Positions 43,804 through 53,400 of a stretch of 64,000 bases of DNA are shown here, one piece after another. Origin of the DNA: Verrucomicrobiota bacterium (lineage in GTDB: Bacteria > Verrucomicrobiota > Verrucomicrobiia > Limisphaerales > JAFGQR01); assembly GCA_016935555.1 (NCBI GenBank), contig JAFGQR010000138.1:21888-85887 (forward strand), written 5' to 3'. The number at the start of each line of letters is the position of its first letter. The first letter of the stretch is position 1. The position numbers and the translations under genes are program-made. The notes under the pieces are model-generated. The model was given only the letters and a program-made list of their open reading frames with translations, did not search any database and had not been told where the DNA came from.

Positions 43804-46449
43804 TCACGGGTGGCGGCTGCCGCCCGCCGCCTCCGCGCCCTCGTGCCAGAACAGCCGCCAGTAGCGCTGGTCGGCGTCGAAGACATCCAGCCCCTCTCGC
43901 GCCAGGTCGAACGCGGCCGGCAGAACGCCGAACCGTTTCAATTCGCGGACGTATTGCGCATTGGGTTTGAAGCCGGCGGTGCCGTAGCGCGGCTGGGATC
44001 CGAACACGGCCCTCCCTTCCCGGAGGGCCGCCAGCAGCTGCTGGTAACCGGGGTCGGCCGTGTCCTTGAAGACGGCGCCGCAGCTTTCGAAACCGCCGGC
44101 GCTGCGGGCCAGGGGTCCAAGCAGGAGCGGGGAATGACGGGGGCGGGTGAAGTTGATGAGGATGTCGGTGCTGAAGCGGGCGATGGGGTCGTTGGGGATG
44201 ACGAGCCGTTCCCAGTCGGCGGTGGGGCGTCCGACGATGCGGCGGTTCTTGCGGCGCAGCTCGTCATGGAACGGAAGCGGTTTCTCGTGGGGCCCGCCGG
44301 TCTTGCCCGGCGCGTGGCATCCGGCGCAACGCTGGCGCAGGATGGCCCCGGCCCGCTGATACACCGTGCGCGTGGCCTGTCCGGCCAGGTGCTGGTCGCG
44401 CTCGTTGCGCAACGCCGCATACGTTCCCGCGAACGGCGCGCCGCTTTCAATCCACAGCCAGAGGGTCCGCCACTCCGCCGGCGACACTTTCACGTCGTAA
44501 TGCCCGCCGCCGGCCAGCCGGAGCAGGGGGCTGGCAGCGCTGCCGAGGGTTCGGGGGGGCTGGTTGCCGAGCCCGTTGCGGCCGTCGGCCACCAGCAGGC
44601 GGGCCAGCAGGGTGAAGTAGCTGTGCGACCACTGCGGCCCCAGGTCGCCGGTCAGCGCCACCCGCCCCTCGCGCCGCTCGTAGTTGTGACAACTCACACA
44701 ATGCCGGTCCAAAACCGGCTGGATGTCGCGCGGGAAATCCAGCACGTCCGGCATCCCGGCAAACGGCGTGATGGAACTCGGCGCACGCTGCAGGGCCAGC
44801 AGCGCCGACGGCCCCTTGTTCTCGGGCGCCCGGGCGCGCGGCTCATGGCAGCCCACACAGCCGAGCACCTCCCCTGGGGCGACGCTGCAGAAACTCTGCA
44901 TGCGCTTGACCGACAGGTCCCGGCTGTCCAACGCCACAAAAAACACCTGCCGGTTGGCGGGCACTTCGAAGTAGGCCGAGCCGTCGGCTTCCACCGGCAC
45001 CGTGCCCAGCACCCGCGCGAGCGTGAACGTGCCCAGCCACGAAACCAGATCCGGCCCTCCGCTGAAATTGACCTGCTTGGGCAGCGACTCGAGCACCAGC
45101 AGTTGCGTCACCTCGCCACGCCGAACCCCCTCGAGGCGCCGCCCGTTGTAGACATCCGACAACACCAGGCGGCCGGTGGATTGACCCGGCTTGGTGCGCG
45201 GCGCGATCAGGCGTTCCCGCGCGCGGGGCCGGAGGGGCCGGGGCTCGTGCACCCCGCCCGGACCCGGCTGGGTGTGTGCCACCTCGACACGCCCCGAACG
45301 GTCCATCACCAGGATCTGGTTGTGGCGCGCCATCAGGAAAAGACCGGGCGACAGCGGATATGGATCCTTGACCAGGCCGCCCTTGTGCAGCGCGCGCGCC
45401 GATCGCAAGTCATCCGGGCCGCCGTCCGAGGTGACCAGCGTGGCGATGCCGGCATGTTCATTGACGCCATGGCCTGGGGAGAAACCGGCCAGCACGTCGG
45501 TGCTCCCCGGGACCGGTTTCGCGTCGATCATCAGGATGTGCGGGTGCATGTTCCCGTAAAACACCATCTGCCCCGTCCCGTCCGGGTTCATGATCCACAG
45601 ATGATGGAACTCGACCTGGCTGCGATCGACGTATTCCCAGCGCGTGTAGAGGATTCGCCCGTCAGGCAGCATCCAGGGCGTGTTGTCATGCTCCGTGTTG
45701 GCCGAGAGGAGCTGGAGGTGTCCGCCGTCGGCATCGCACCGGTAGATCACGCCCACCTGGGTCATCCAGCAGTTCACCCAGCGCCGGCAGCGCGTCGACA
45801 CAAACGCAATCCCGCCGTCCGGCAGGTAGGTCGGCTCGTAATCGTCAAACGCGCCCGCCGTCAGCTGCCGCAGCCCCGCGCCGTCAACGCCGATCTCGTA
45901 CAGGTGGAAATGGTCGGTGCCGGCCCGGCGGTGGGCGAACAGGATTTTGCGGGCGTCGTAGTGCACCTGCGGATCCCGGACCGAGCCGCCCTGGGCGTCG
46001 AAAAGCACCGTCACCTCGCGGGTCTTGAGGTTCAGCTTCAACAGCCGTCCCACATCGGGCGCGCCGTTGCCAGGATAAGCCTTTTTCCGCTCGTCATCGC
46101 AGTAATAACCGATGTTCGCATACCAGTGCGGATCGTCGTAAGGCAGGCGCGTGCAAAAAACAATCTCCGGTGTGCCGCGCAGCGGACCGTCCAGCGCGCG
46201 GGCTACCAGGCCGGCCGGCGCGGGCGTGTTCGGGGCCGGCGGGGCGGCGGACAGTTCCCCCGCCACGCACGCCGCCGTCACCAGGACCGCCCACCCGTGC
46301 CCGCCCAGCGCCAGAACCGCACCACCGCCCCGCCCAAGCCCGCGCCTTTCGCCGCCCCCACCCCCCTCGGAACCCCGGCGGCCGAACCCCGGGTTGTCGT
46401 GCCGACGATGGAGGACGGGTGCGGGCGGAGGAGCCATGGTGACGTGCAT
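43804..46449 (-). CDS. TolB/HzsA-like beta-propeller protein with C-terminal domain carrying three CxxCH motifs
   Basis: N-terminal half has PD40-like blades (FVSTRC..VIYRCDADGGHLQLL, WMLPDGRILYTRWEYVDRSQ, LWIMNPDGTGQMVFYGN). C-terminal half has CVGCHEP, CVSCHNY and CAGCHAP. Start chosen at ATG 46449 (MHVTMAPPP..), which avoids overlapping mazG. The signal-like segment is AVLALGGHGWAVLVTAACVAG. ORF-track start 46593 and ATG 46437 are alternatives. Confidence 0.75.
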   Translation of the reverse strand: MHVTMAPPPAPVLHRRHDNPGFGRRGSEGGGGGERRGLGRGGGAVLALGGHGWAVLVTAACVAGELSAAPPAPNTPAPAGLVARALDGPLRGTPEIVFCTRLPYDDPHWYANIGYYCDDERKKAYPGNGAPDVGRLLKLNLKTREVTVLFDAQGGSVRDPQVHYDARKILFAHRRAGTDHFHLYEIGVDGAGLRQLTAGAFDDYEPTYLPDGGIAFVSTRCRRWVNCWMTQVGVIYRCDADGGHLQLLSANTEHDNTPWMLPDGRILYTRWEYVDRSQVEFHHLWIMNPDGTGQMVFYGNMHPHILMIDAKPVPGSTDVLAGFSPGHGVNEHAGIATLVTSDGGPDDLRSARALHKGGLVKDPYPLSPGLFLMARHNQILVMDRSGRVEVAHTQPGPGGVHEPRPLRPRARERLIAPRTKPGQSTGRLVLSDVYNGRRLEGVRRGEVTQLLVLESLPKQVNFSGGPDLVSWLGTFTLARVLGTVPVEADGSAYFEVPANRQVFFVALDSRDLSVKRMQSFCSVAPGEVLGCVGCHEPRARAPENKGPSALLALQRAPSSITPFAGMPDVLDFPRDIQPVLDRHCVSCHNYERREGRVALTGDLGPQWSHSYFTLLARLLVADGRNGLGNQPPRTLGSAASPLLRLAGGGHYDVKVSPAEWRTLWLWIESGAPFAGTYAALRNERDQHLAGQATRTVYQRAGAILRQRCAGCHAPGKTGGPHEKPLPFHDELRRKNRRIVGRPTADWERLVIPNDPIARFSTDILINFTRPRHSPLLLGPLARSAGGFESCGAVFKDTADPGYQQLLAALREGRAVFGSQPRYGTAGFKPNAQYVRELKRFGVLPAAFDLAREGLDVFDADQRYWRLFWHEGAEAAGGSRHP

Positions 46450-46499
46450 GCGGTGCGGCTGGTCCACGGGACTTCTGACGCTTGCCCCCGGCCGCACAT

Positions 46500-47177
46500 T
46501 CAGACGGCGCGGCGCCGGCGCCGGCGTTCCCGCTGGCGGAATTGCCGCTCCCGCCGGAGCGTTTCGGTGCGCAACAACTCTTCCGCACACCACCCTTTGG
46601 CCTGCGCCCGCTCGGCGAGACGGTACAGTTGCCGGGCAACACCGACGCGCGTGCGCGGCGTCTTGTTCCCTGGCCGCCCGGGGTCGTCCAGCAGTCCGGC
46701 TTTGCGGGCCTTCCGCGAGAGCTTCTCCGCACGCAGCAGCGCCGGCAAATGCCGCGGAATACCGTCCAGAACGGAGGCGCGCTCATGCCGCGTGCCCTGT
46801 TTTTCGGCGCGCTTGATCTTGTCCCACTGGGCCCAGACCATGCCAACCGTGGTCGCCCGGGCGCTGCCGAACACATGGGGGTGGCGGCGGACCAGCTTGT
46901 CGGCGATCTGACGGGCGACCTGCTCGAAATCGAACGCGTGCCGTTCGCGGGCCAGCTGGCAGTGGAAGACGACCTGGAGAAGAAGGTCGCCGAGTTCCTC
47001 GGCGATTTCCTGGTCGTCGCCGGCTTCAATGGCGTCGATCAGCTCGTAGACTTCCTCGACCGCGTGGAAACGCAGCGTCATGTGGTTCTGCTGCCGGTCC
47101 CAGGGACAGCCCCCAGGGGAACGAAGACGCGCCATGATGCGGAGCAGATCGTCGATGGCAGGCCGGTGGGTTTTCAT
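46500..47177 (-). CDS. mazG: Nucleoside triphosphate pyrophosphohydrolase MazG
   Basis: LLRIMARLRSPGGCPWDRQQNHMTLRFHAVEEVYELIDAIEAGDDQEIAEELGDLLLQVVFH and KLVRRHPHVFG. 225 aa. Confidence 0.9.
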   Translation of the reverse strand: MKTHRPAIDDLLRIMARLRSPGGCPWDRQQNHMTLRFHAVEEVYELIDAIEAGDDQEIAEELGDLLLQVVFHCQLARERHAFDFEQVARQIADKLVRRHPHVFGSARATTVGMVWAQWDKIKRAEKQGTRHERASVLDGIPRHLPALLRAEKLSRKARKAGLLDDPGRPGNKTPRTRVGVARQLYRLAERAQAKGWCAEELLRTETLRRERQFRQRERRRRRRAV

Positions 47178-47277
47178 GGGCTAGCGAGCCGCAGGCTCAG
47201 ACTGTTCGAGGCGTTTGGAGGGTTGCAGGCCGGGGCTGTTCATTCAAGGGGCCATTTGCCCACGTGCGGCTCGCTGT

Positions 47278-47335
47278 ACAAAACCGCTGCGCGCTTTTGT
47301 CCCGAACATGGCATGGAACCCGCCGCGCGGCGGGG
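47278..47335 (-). terminator. Terminator cassette (repeat family 2), copy 3, downstream of proB (about 300 nt after its stop)
   Basis: Plus strand: ACAAAACCGC-tgc-GCGCTTTTGT (47278-47300, one mismatch), CCCGAACATGGCATGGAA, CCCGCCG-cg-CGGCGGG (47319-47334). On the minus strand the order is GC hairpin, spacer, A/T-flanked hairpin, as in the copy after rpoC. Confidence 0.55.
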
Positions 47336-47358
47336 CTTTCTTGAGACAGAAACTGGGA

Positions 47359-47542
47359 CGAACATCGAACCCCGAACACCGAACATCCAACATCGAATGG
47401 CGCTGACGCGCACGCCATGCGCCGGGGCCAATAGGCAACCAGTGAATTGTGCCGTGTCGCGTCTGGCGTTGGGCGTTGGGCGTTGAGCGTTGAGCGTTGG
47501 GCGTTGGGCGTTCAGCGTTCGGCGTTCGGTGTTCGGTGTTCA
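47359..47542. repeat. Two mutually inverted 7-bp tandem arrays flanking a 65-bp core (imperfect long palindrome)
   Basis: Left array 47359-47400: CGAACAT CGAACCC CGAACAC CGAACAT CCAACAT CGAATGG. Right array 47466-47542: GCGTTGG x2, GCGTTGA x2, GCGTTGG x2, GCGTTCA, GCGTTCG x2, GTGTTCG, GTGTTCA. The units GTGTTCG and GTGTTCA are reverse complements of CGAACAC-type units. Confidence 0.8.
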
Positions 47543-47629
47543 ACAGTCGAAATTCCATGGCTCTGATGACAAGATCCTCATTGCGTGACAAGCGCCCCTC
47601 TCCGCCGCCGCGGCGGAGAGGGGCGCTCG

Positions 47630-48709
47630 TCAGAGCACCACCAGATCGTCGCGGTGCACCACCTCGACGCGTTTGAGCTGCCGCGCGTTGATGTCGTCGG
47701 ATGAAAAGCGCGCGATGCCGCGGGCAAACTCGGCGCGCCGCAGGTCGCAGATTCGGACGACATCGCCGGCCGCAAACGAGCCCTCGCACCGGGCGATGCC
47801 CGGGGGCAGGAGGCTCCTGCCCGATTCGCGCAGGGCCTGTTTCGCGCCGTCGTCCACGACCAGGATGCCCTTGGGATGATGAAAGAACGCAATCCACCGC
47901 TTCCGGCCTTTGAGCTTGGCCGCGTGGGGCAGAAACAGCGTTCCTTCCTCGTGGCCTTCCATCACGCGCCCCAGCACCCCCCGCTTCCGGCCCGAAGCAA
48001 TGATCATGGGAATGCCGGCGCGGGTGGCGATCTTGCCGGCCTGCAGCTTGGTGGTCATCCCGCCGACGGCCGCCGCGCTGGCGGTGCCGCCGGCCAGCGC
48101 CTCGATGCGCGGATCGATGACCGGCACGGTCGATACCACGCGGGAATCGGCCCTGCCGAAATGCTCGATGAGGCCTTCGGCGGTGGTGAGCAGAACCAAC
48201 ACGTCGGCCGGAAGCAGGCAGGCGACAAGGGCGGAAAGCCGGTCGTTGTCGCCGAACTTGAGTTCGGTGACGGAAACGGCGTCGTTTTCGTTGATGATGG
48301 GAACGATGTTGGGCGAGTCGAGCAGGGTGAGCAGCGTGTGGCGGGCATTCAGGTGGCGGCCGTGGTGTTCGAGGTCTTCATGCGTCAGCAACACCTGCGC
48401 GACGTCCAGATGCCACCTGGCAAACAGTTGATCATACAGCGTCATCAGCCGCGATTGCCCGACGGCCGCGCAAGCCTGAAGCTGCGGCAGCGCCGTCGGC
48501 CGCTTCTTCAGCCCAAACGCCCCCATGCCGGCACCCACGGCACCCGAGGACACCACAACCAGCTCCTTGCCGCTGGTGCGCACCCCGGCCATCTGCGCCA
48601 CCAGCTGCTCCATCTGGAGCAGGTCGGGTTGCTTGTGGGGGTTTGTCAGAATCCCCGTGCCCAGCTTGAGCACGACGCGCCTGACGTTGGACAGCCACTC
48701 GGATCGCAC
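47630..48709 (-). CDS. proB: Glutamate 5-kinase (with C-terminal PUA domain)
   Basis: C-terminal 359 aa of ORF 47630..49729: VVLKLGTGILT, VVVSSGAVGAG, PIINENDAVSVTELKFGDNDRLSA, GGMTTKLQAG, and PUA ILVVDDGAKQALRESGRSLLPPGI. There is no in-frame ATG near the conserved N-terminus. A GTG at 48709 gives (M)RSEWLSNVRRVVLKLGTG. The start is approximate. Confidence 0.85.
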   Translation of the reverse strand: MRSEWLSNVRRVVLKLGTGILTNPHKQPDLLQMEQLVAQMAGVRTSGKELVVVSSGAVGAGMGAFGLKKRPTALPQLQACAAVGQSRLMTLYDQLFARWHLDVAQVLLTHEDLEHHGRHLNARHTLLTLLDSPNIVPIINENDAVSVTELKFGDNDRLSALVACLLPADVLVLLTTAEGLIEHFGRADSRVVSTVPVIDPRIEALAGGTASAAAVGGMTTKLQAGKIATRAGIPMIIASGRKRGVLGRVMEGHEEGTLFLPHAAKLKGRKRWIAFFHHPKGILVVDDGAKQALRESGRSLLPPGIARCEGSFAAGDVVRICDLRRAEFARGIARFSSDDINARQLKRVEVVHRDDLVVL

Positions 48710-48868
48710 ACCCCGTTGCTTAGCAGCGCCCCGGGAAAAAGCCAGCGCGAAACGCCTGCGGACCCCACTGGCGGCGCATCCGGCGGTTGTCGGTGGCCAG
48801 TGCGGTCCCGCAGCCGCGCCTGGCACTTTTGGCTTTTCCAGCCGGCGGGAACCTTTACCCTGGATGCC

Positions 48869-49939
48869 ATGCGCGACGCTTCCCTCGAATTCCTGGAAAC
48901 CCTGATCAACACCCCCAGCCCCTCCGGCCACGAAACCCGCGGCCAGCGCGTCTGGATGGACTACGTCGAGCCGTTCGCGGAGGAGACCTCCTCGGACGCG
49001 CACGGCAATTGCGTGGCGGTGCTCAACAAGGGCGGCTCGCCGCGCCTGATGCTCGCCGCGCACGCGGATGAGATCGGCCTGACGGTGAATTACATCGACG
49101 ACCAGGGATTCATTTACGTGCGGCGGCTGGGGGGCGTGGATGCGGCGATCACCAAAGCCCAGCGCGTCGTCATCCATACCCGCCACGGACCCGTCAAAGG
49201 CGTCGTCGGCAACGTTGCGCCGCACCTGACCCGCAACGAGGGGGACCCCAAACCGCCCAAGATCCACGATCTGTTCATCGACATCGGCGCCTCCAGCCGC
49301 AAGGCCGCTGCCCAGGCGGTCGCCATCGGCGACCCGATCACGCTGGCCGACACCTTCGACCGGCTCCGGGACGACCTGGCCGTGGCGCGCGCCTTCGACA
49401 ACCGGGTGGGAACGTTCGCCGTGGCCGAAGCGCTGCGCCTGCTCTCGAAATCCCGCACCAGGCTCCGAGCCGAAGTCTGCGCCGTGTCGAACATCATGGA
49501 GGAAGTGGGCCTGTTCGGGGCGCGGCAGATTGCCTACAGCGTCCAACCGGACGTGGCGCTGGTCGTGGACGTCACGCACGCCACCGACTACCCCACCGTC
49601 AGCAAGCCGCAGCACGGCGACATCAAACTGGGCCATGGCCCCACCCTCACCCACGGCGGCAGCAGCCACCCGGAAGTCGTGGCCCGCCTCGAACGCGTCG
49701 CCCGCAAAGAGCGCATCCAACTCCAGCACGAGGCCGTGTCCTCAACCAGCGGCACCGACACCGACGCCATCTTCTGGACGCGTGGCGGCATCCCCAGCGC
49801 CCTCATCAGCCTCCCCAACCGCTACATGCATTCCCCCGTCGAAGTCGTCAGCCTCAAAGACCTCGAGCACATCCCCAGACTCATGGCCGCCTTCGCCTCG
49901 TCGCTCGCCCGCGGCGACACGTTCAAAGTCAAAATCTGA
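48869..49939 (+). CDS. M42 family metallopeptidase (glutamyl aminopeptidase / FrvX-YsdC-like)
   Basis: Internal ATG of ORF 47876..49939. MRDASLEFLETLINTPSPSGHE, LMLAAHADEIGL, AFDNRVG, EEVGLFGA, LPNRYMHSP. 356 aa. Divergent from proB across a 159-bp spacer. Confidence 0.88.
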   Translation: MRDASLEFLETLINTPSPSGHETRGQRVWMDYVEPFAEETSSDAHGNCVAVLNKGGSPRLMLAAHADEIGLTVNYIDDQGFIYVRRLGGVDAAITKAQRVVIHTRHGPVKGVVGNVAPHLTRNEGDPKPPKIHDLFIDIGASSRKAAAQAVAIGDPITLADTFDRLRDDLAVARAFDNRVGTFAVAEALRLLSKSRTRLRAEVCAVSNIMEEVGLFGARQIAYSVQPDVALVVDVTHATDYPTVSKPQHGDIKLGHGPTLTHGGSSHPEVVARLERVARKERIQLQHEAVSSTSGTDTDAIFWTRGGIPSALISLPNRYMHSPVEVVSLKDLEHIPRLMAAFASSLARGDTFKVKI

Positions 49940-50100
49940 TCCCTCCCGCCCCGCTCCACCCCCGCTCCGGAAGCCCTGTCCCCCGCAGGTCCTGTGGGCC
50001 TCAGGACCCTGACGCCCCGCCCCCCGCCCGGGAAAGCGGGCCGCCCTGCGCTCTATGGGCCGACTGAGCTCACACCAGAATGCTTTGGCGCTTGGGTGGG

Positions 50101-50163
50101 GTTAGCCCCGCTCTGCGGCCCTTCGGGCCCATTTCTCACAGGGCGCTGAGAAATGCGGGCTAG
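50101..50163. repeat. Palindromic repeat family 1, copy B (composite), about 270 nt upstream of the second giant gene
   Basis: gTTAGCCCCGC..GGCCCttcGGGCC-CATTTCTCA-cagggcgc-TGAGAAATGCGGGCTAG. Inner arms are at 50130-50138 and 50147-50155. The outer TTAGCCCCGC/GCGGGCTAG arms are also complementary. Confidence 0.7.
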
Positions 50164-50287
50164 TGCATCCGTGAGTTGTCGGTGGCGCAGCGCGATGCGG
50201 GGCCGCATGGCACGGGGCCGGGCTCCGCCCCGGGCGCAAGTAACGAGCTGGGGATGCACCGGGAGGCACGAAAACGTTTTTTTCTAG

Positions 50288-50317
50288 TTGCCAAGACGCC
50301 TCCGGTGTGTTTAACAT
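50288..50317 (+). promoter_or_regulatory. Putative promoter of the second giant gene (TTGCCA -18 nt- TAACAT)
   Basis: It sits in a local AT-rich patch (..cgAAAACGTTTTtttctagTTGCCAagacgcctccggtgtgtTTAACATatg..), about 110 nt upstream of ATG 50426. Just upstream is the 10-bp palindrome AAAACGTTTT. Motif match only. Confidence 0.25.
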
Positions 50318-50425
50318 ATGTCATTCCATAGACAGGCACGCGCCCGCACATCGATCCGAAGCCCACGGAAGGCTCCAGGACCGAGGGCGTGCGTGTGTAG
50401 CCAAATCAGAAAGTGCAGCACCGTT

Positions 50426-53400
50426 ATGAAAACGAGCTTCAACCACTCCATTCTCACCTCTTTTCTGGCACTGCTGGGTGTCACCCTGTTCGGCCTCTGG
50501 CCGGACTCCGCCCAGGCAGGCATCGCCTACTTGGAGCCTGCCGGCGGTTGGCAATACGTCTACACCGGCGACCAGGCGTCCGGGGCGGCCCGGCGCCAGA
50601 ACCAGCCCGCGCTGGACGGCACCTGGCGCCATGAGAACGGCTCCGACGAGTGGAACGGCGACGTCCGCGGCGCAGCCAACTCGCCTCCGGGCGGTGTCGA
50701 GGCCAACTCGGCGGACGGGGTCAATTACCTCACCATCGAGGACGCCGTCACCAGCACCAGCGGCTCGCTGAACAACCGCAAGGTCTACTTCACCCACAGC
50801 CTCACCCAGGAAGGCATCGCCGACCTGAACCTGCTCGACGCCGGCGTCACGCTCTCCTTCCGCGCGCGCCTGACCCCCTCGGACGGCAAGGAGGAGATTG
50901 CCTTGCCCAACGGCTACGGCATCTTCAGCGGCGGCAAAGGCCAGTTCGGCGTCCGCCAGTCCAGCCCGTCGTCGATCGTCTCCTTCAGCTTGGTGCGCGA
51001 CACGGAGGACGGGGACAGCTCAAACACACTGCTCTTTCCGCACGCGGGTCTGACCATGAACGGCAACGTGGGCGATGCGCCGGACAGCAGCGGCACCATC
51101 AACGCCGGCGCCAACTCGCGGACCAGCGCCGCGCTCAACCCCAACACGCTCGCCGTCGACCCCACGGGCTGGCACGAGTTCTGGATCACCATCCAGGCCA
51201 ACGACGCCACCGCCGGCAACGGCACCCACACGGTCAACGTCTACGTGGACGGCAGCACCACGCCCCAAACCTTCAACGTCACCGCCGCCACCGGCAACGA
51301 CACCGACACCACGCTGACTCCCAACTGGACCGATTACATCTGCCTCGGCAGCGGCAATTCCCCCACCGTCGGCGCCTTCGACACCGATTTCTTCGCCTAT
51401 AAAGCGGGGGTCCACGTGCCCACGGTGCAGAAGGTCGCCATCGCGTGGGTGTCCTTCCACCCGGCCGACGAGACTCCTTCGGCCAATGCGGCCGCCGCCG
51501 GCTTCACGGAAGCTCCGGACGCCGGCTACACCCGACTGCTCGAGCAGAACGGCTTTGAGGTCACCCGGATCCTCAGTTCGGCCACTCCCGATGCGGCGCT
51601 GTTGAACACCTTCGATCTGGTGATCATTGGCCGGTCGGTTCCCAGTGGAAATTATCAAGGTGCCGGCGCCACGGCGTGGAACAGCATCACCGCGCCCATG
51701 ATGGTCATGGGCGGCTACACCATGCGCAACAGCCGCATGGGCTACACCACCGGAGCGACCATCCCCGACACGGCAACCCCCATCAGCCTGACCGTCAATG
51801 ATCCCACACACCCGATTTTCGCCGGCATCCCGCTCGACGCCGGCAACACCATGGTCAATCTCTATGCCGGGATCGCCACATTCCTCGGCACCACCGAACG
51901 CGGCATTTCGGTGAACACGGATCCGGTGGCGGGCGGCGGCACCGTGCTGGCCACGGTGGCTACGGCAGGCGATCCCGCGTTCGGAGGCCTGGTCATCGGG
52001 GAATGGGCGGCCGGGGCGGTCATGGCCAACACCGCCGCCGATGTCCTCGCCGGGCCGCGGCTGGCCTTCCTCAGCGGCAGCCGCGAGCATTCCGGCCTCA
52101 CGTCCGAAGGCGCGGGCATCTACGACCTGGAACCCGACGGCGCCCAGATGTTCCTGCGCGCCGTGCAATACATGACCGGGACCTTGCCCGCGGATGTCAA
52201 TAACACCCTCGGCGACCAACCGCAGAATCTGACGGTGACCGAAAGCGAACCGGCCACGTTCAGCGTGACGGTGACCGGCGGCCCGGTGCCTTATGGGTTC
52301 CAATGGTTTTTCAACGGCGCCGAAATTCCCGGCGCCAACAGCGACACCTACACCATCCCCCACACCACCCAGGCCGATGCCGGCCAGTATTATGTCACCG
52401 TCACCAATCGCGCCGGCGGCCGGGTCGTCAGCAGCGTCGCCACCCTCACCGTCCTCGAGGACCTGACGGCGCCCACCGTCGTGTCCGCCACCGGCGACGA
52501 GACGCTCGAGCGGGTGATCCTCGTGTTCTCCGAGGCGATCAACCCCGGCGCCGCGACGGATCTCTTCAACTACGCGATCATTGGCCTGACCATCGACCCG
52601 GCGATCGAATTCGACGGCGACCGCACCGTCGTCCTCAAGACGAGTCATCAGGCGTACAGCACCGAATACACCGTCGAAATCTTCAACATCCCAGACCTGG
52701 CCGGCAACACGGTCGCCGACCCCACCACGATCACGTTCACCTCGACGGCCGCAACCCCGCCCCAAGTCGTCGGCGTCGCCAGCGTCGGAGGCGACCAGGT
52801 CGATGTCGAATTCAATGAAGCGGTCAACCCCGACAACGCCGGCGATCCGTTCAACTGGAGTGTCAGCGACGTGTGCGGCGACAAAACCATCGTCGCGGTG
52901 ACCAACTACGGCCCCGCCAGGGCCAGCCTCATCCTCGATCCCGCCACGCCCGTCACCGGCACGTTCACCGTGACCGTTCGGGACGTGACGGACCTCGCGG
53001 GCACCGCGATGCCTGAAACCACGGTCACCGGCACGCGCTGGGCCTCCTACGCCGCGGCCATCGGCGGCGCCAGCCCAACCGGAGCCCGTTTCGCCGGCCA
53101 ACCCGGCAGCATCCAAGTCCAAGCCGACGGCGCCGACATCTGGGGCACGGCGGATCAGTTCAATTTTGTCTACGACCTGGAAACGGCGGATTTCGACAAG
53201 AAGATGAAGGTGACGCGCCTGGATCCGACCGACCAGTGGAGCAAAGCGGCCCTCATGGCGCGCCTCAGCCTGGATGCCGGCAGCCCGAACACGGCGGCCA
53301 TCGTCACCTCGCCTCAGGGTGTGAACGTCTTCAATGTCCAGTGGCGCCTGGCTCTCGCAGCCAGTTCGTCGAGCTTGGATTCGGCACAGCGCCCGCCGAT

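Noticed and set aside
42850-46911. 1,353-aa plus-strand ORF across the symporter 3' end, the propeller/CxxCH gene and mazG
   Set aside because: It is antisense or off-frame to three well-supported genes and is Arg/Pro/Gly-rich without motifs. The same applies to 13840..16608(-), 17453..19774(-), 19648..21555(-), 40295..42139(+), 21988..23433(-), 59061..60362(-), 60690..63263(-) and 62237..63496(+).
47359-47542. Heptad arrays considered as a CRISPR array or as a real Pro/Asn/Ala-rich repeat protein (ORF 47244..47897 minus, ..HRTPNAERPTPNAQRSTPNAQRQ..)
   Set aside because: The repeat unit is 7 bp with no spacers, so it is not CRISPR, and there are no cas genes. The ORF exists only because 3 x 7 bp keeps the frame. 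It also runs through the terminator cassette and has no RBS or homology that I can recognise.
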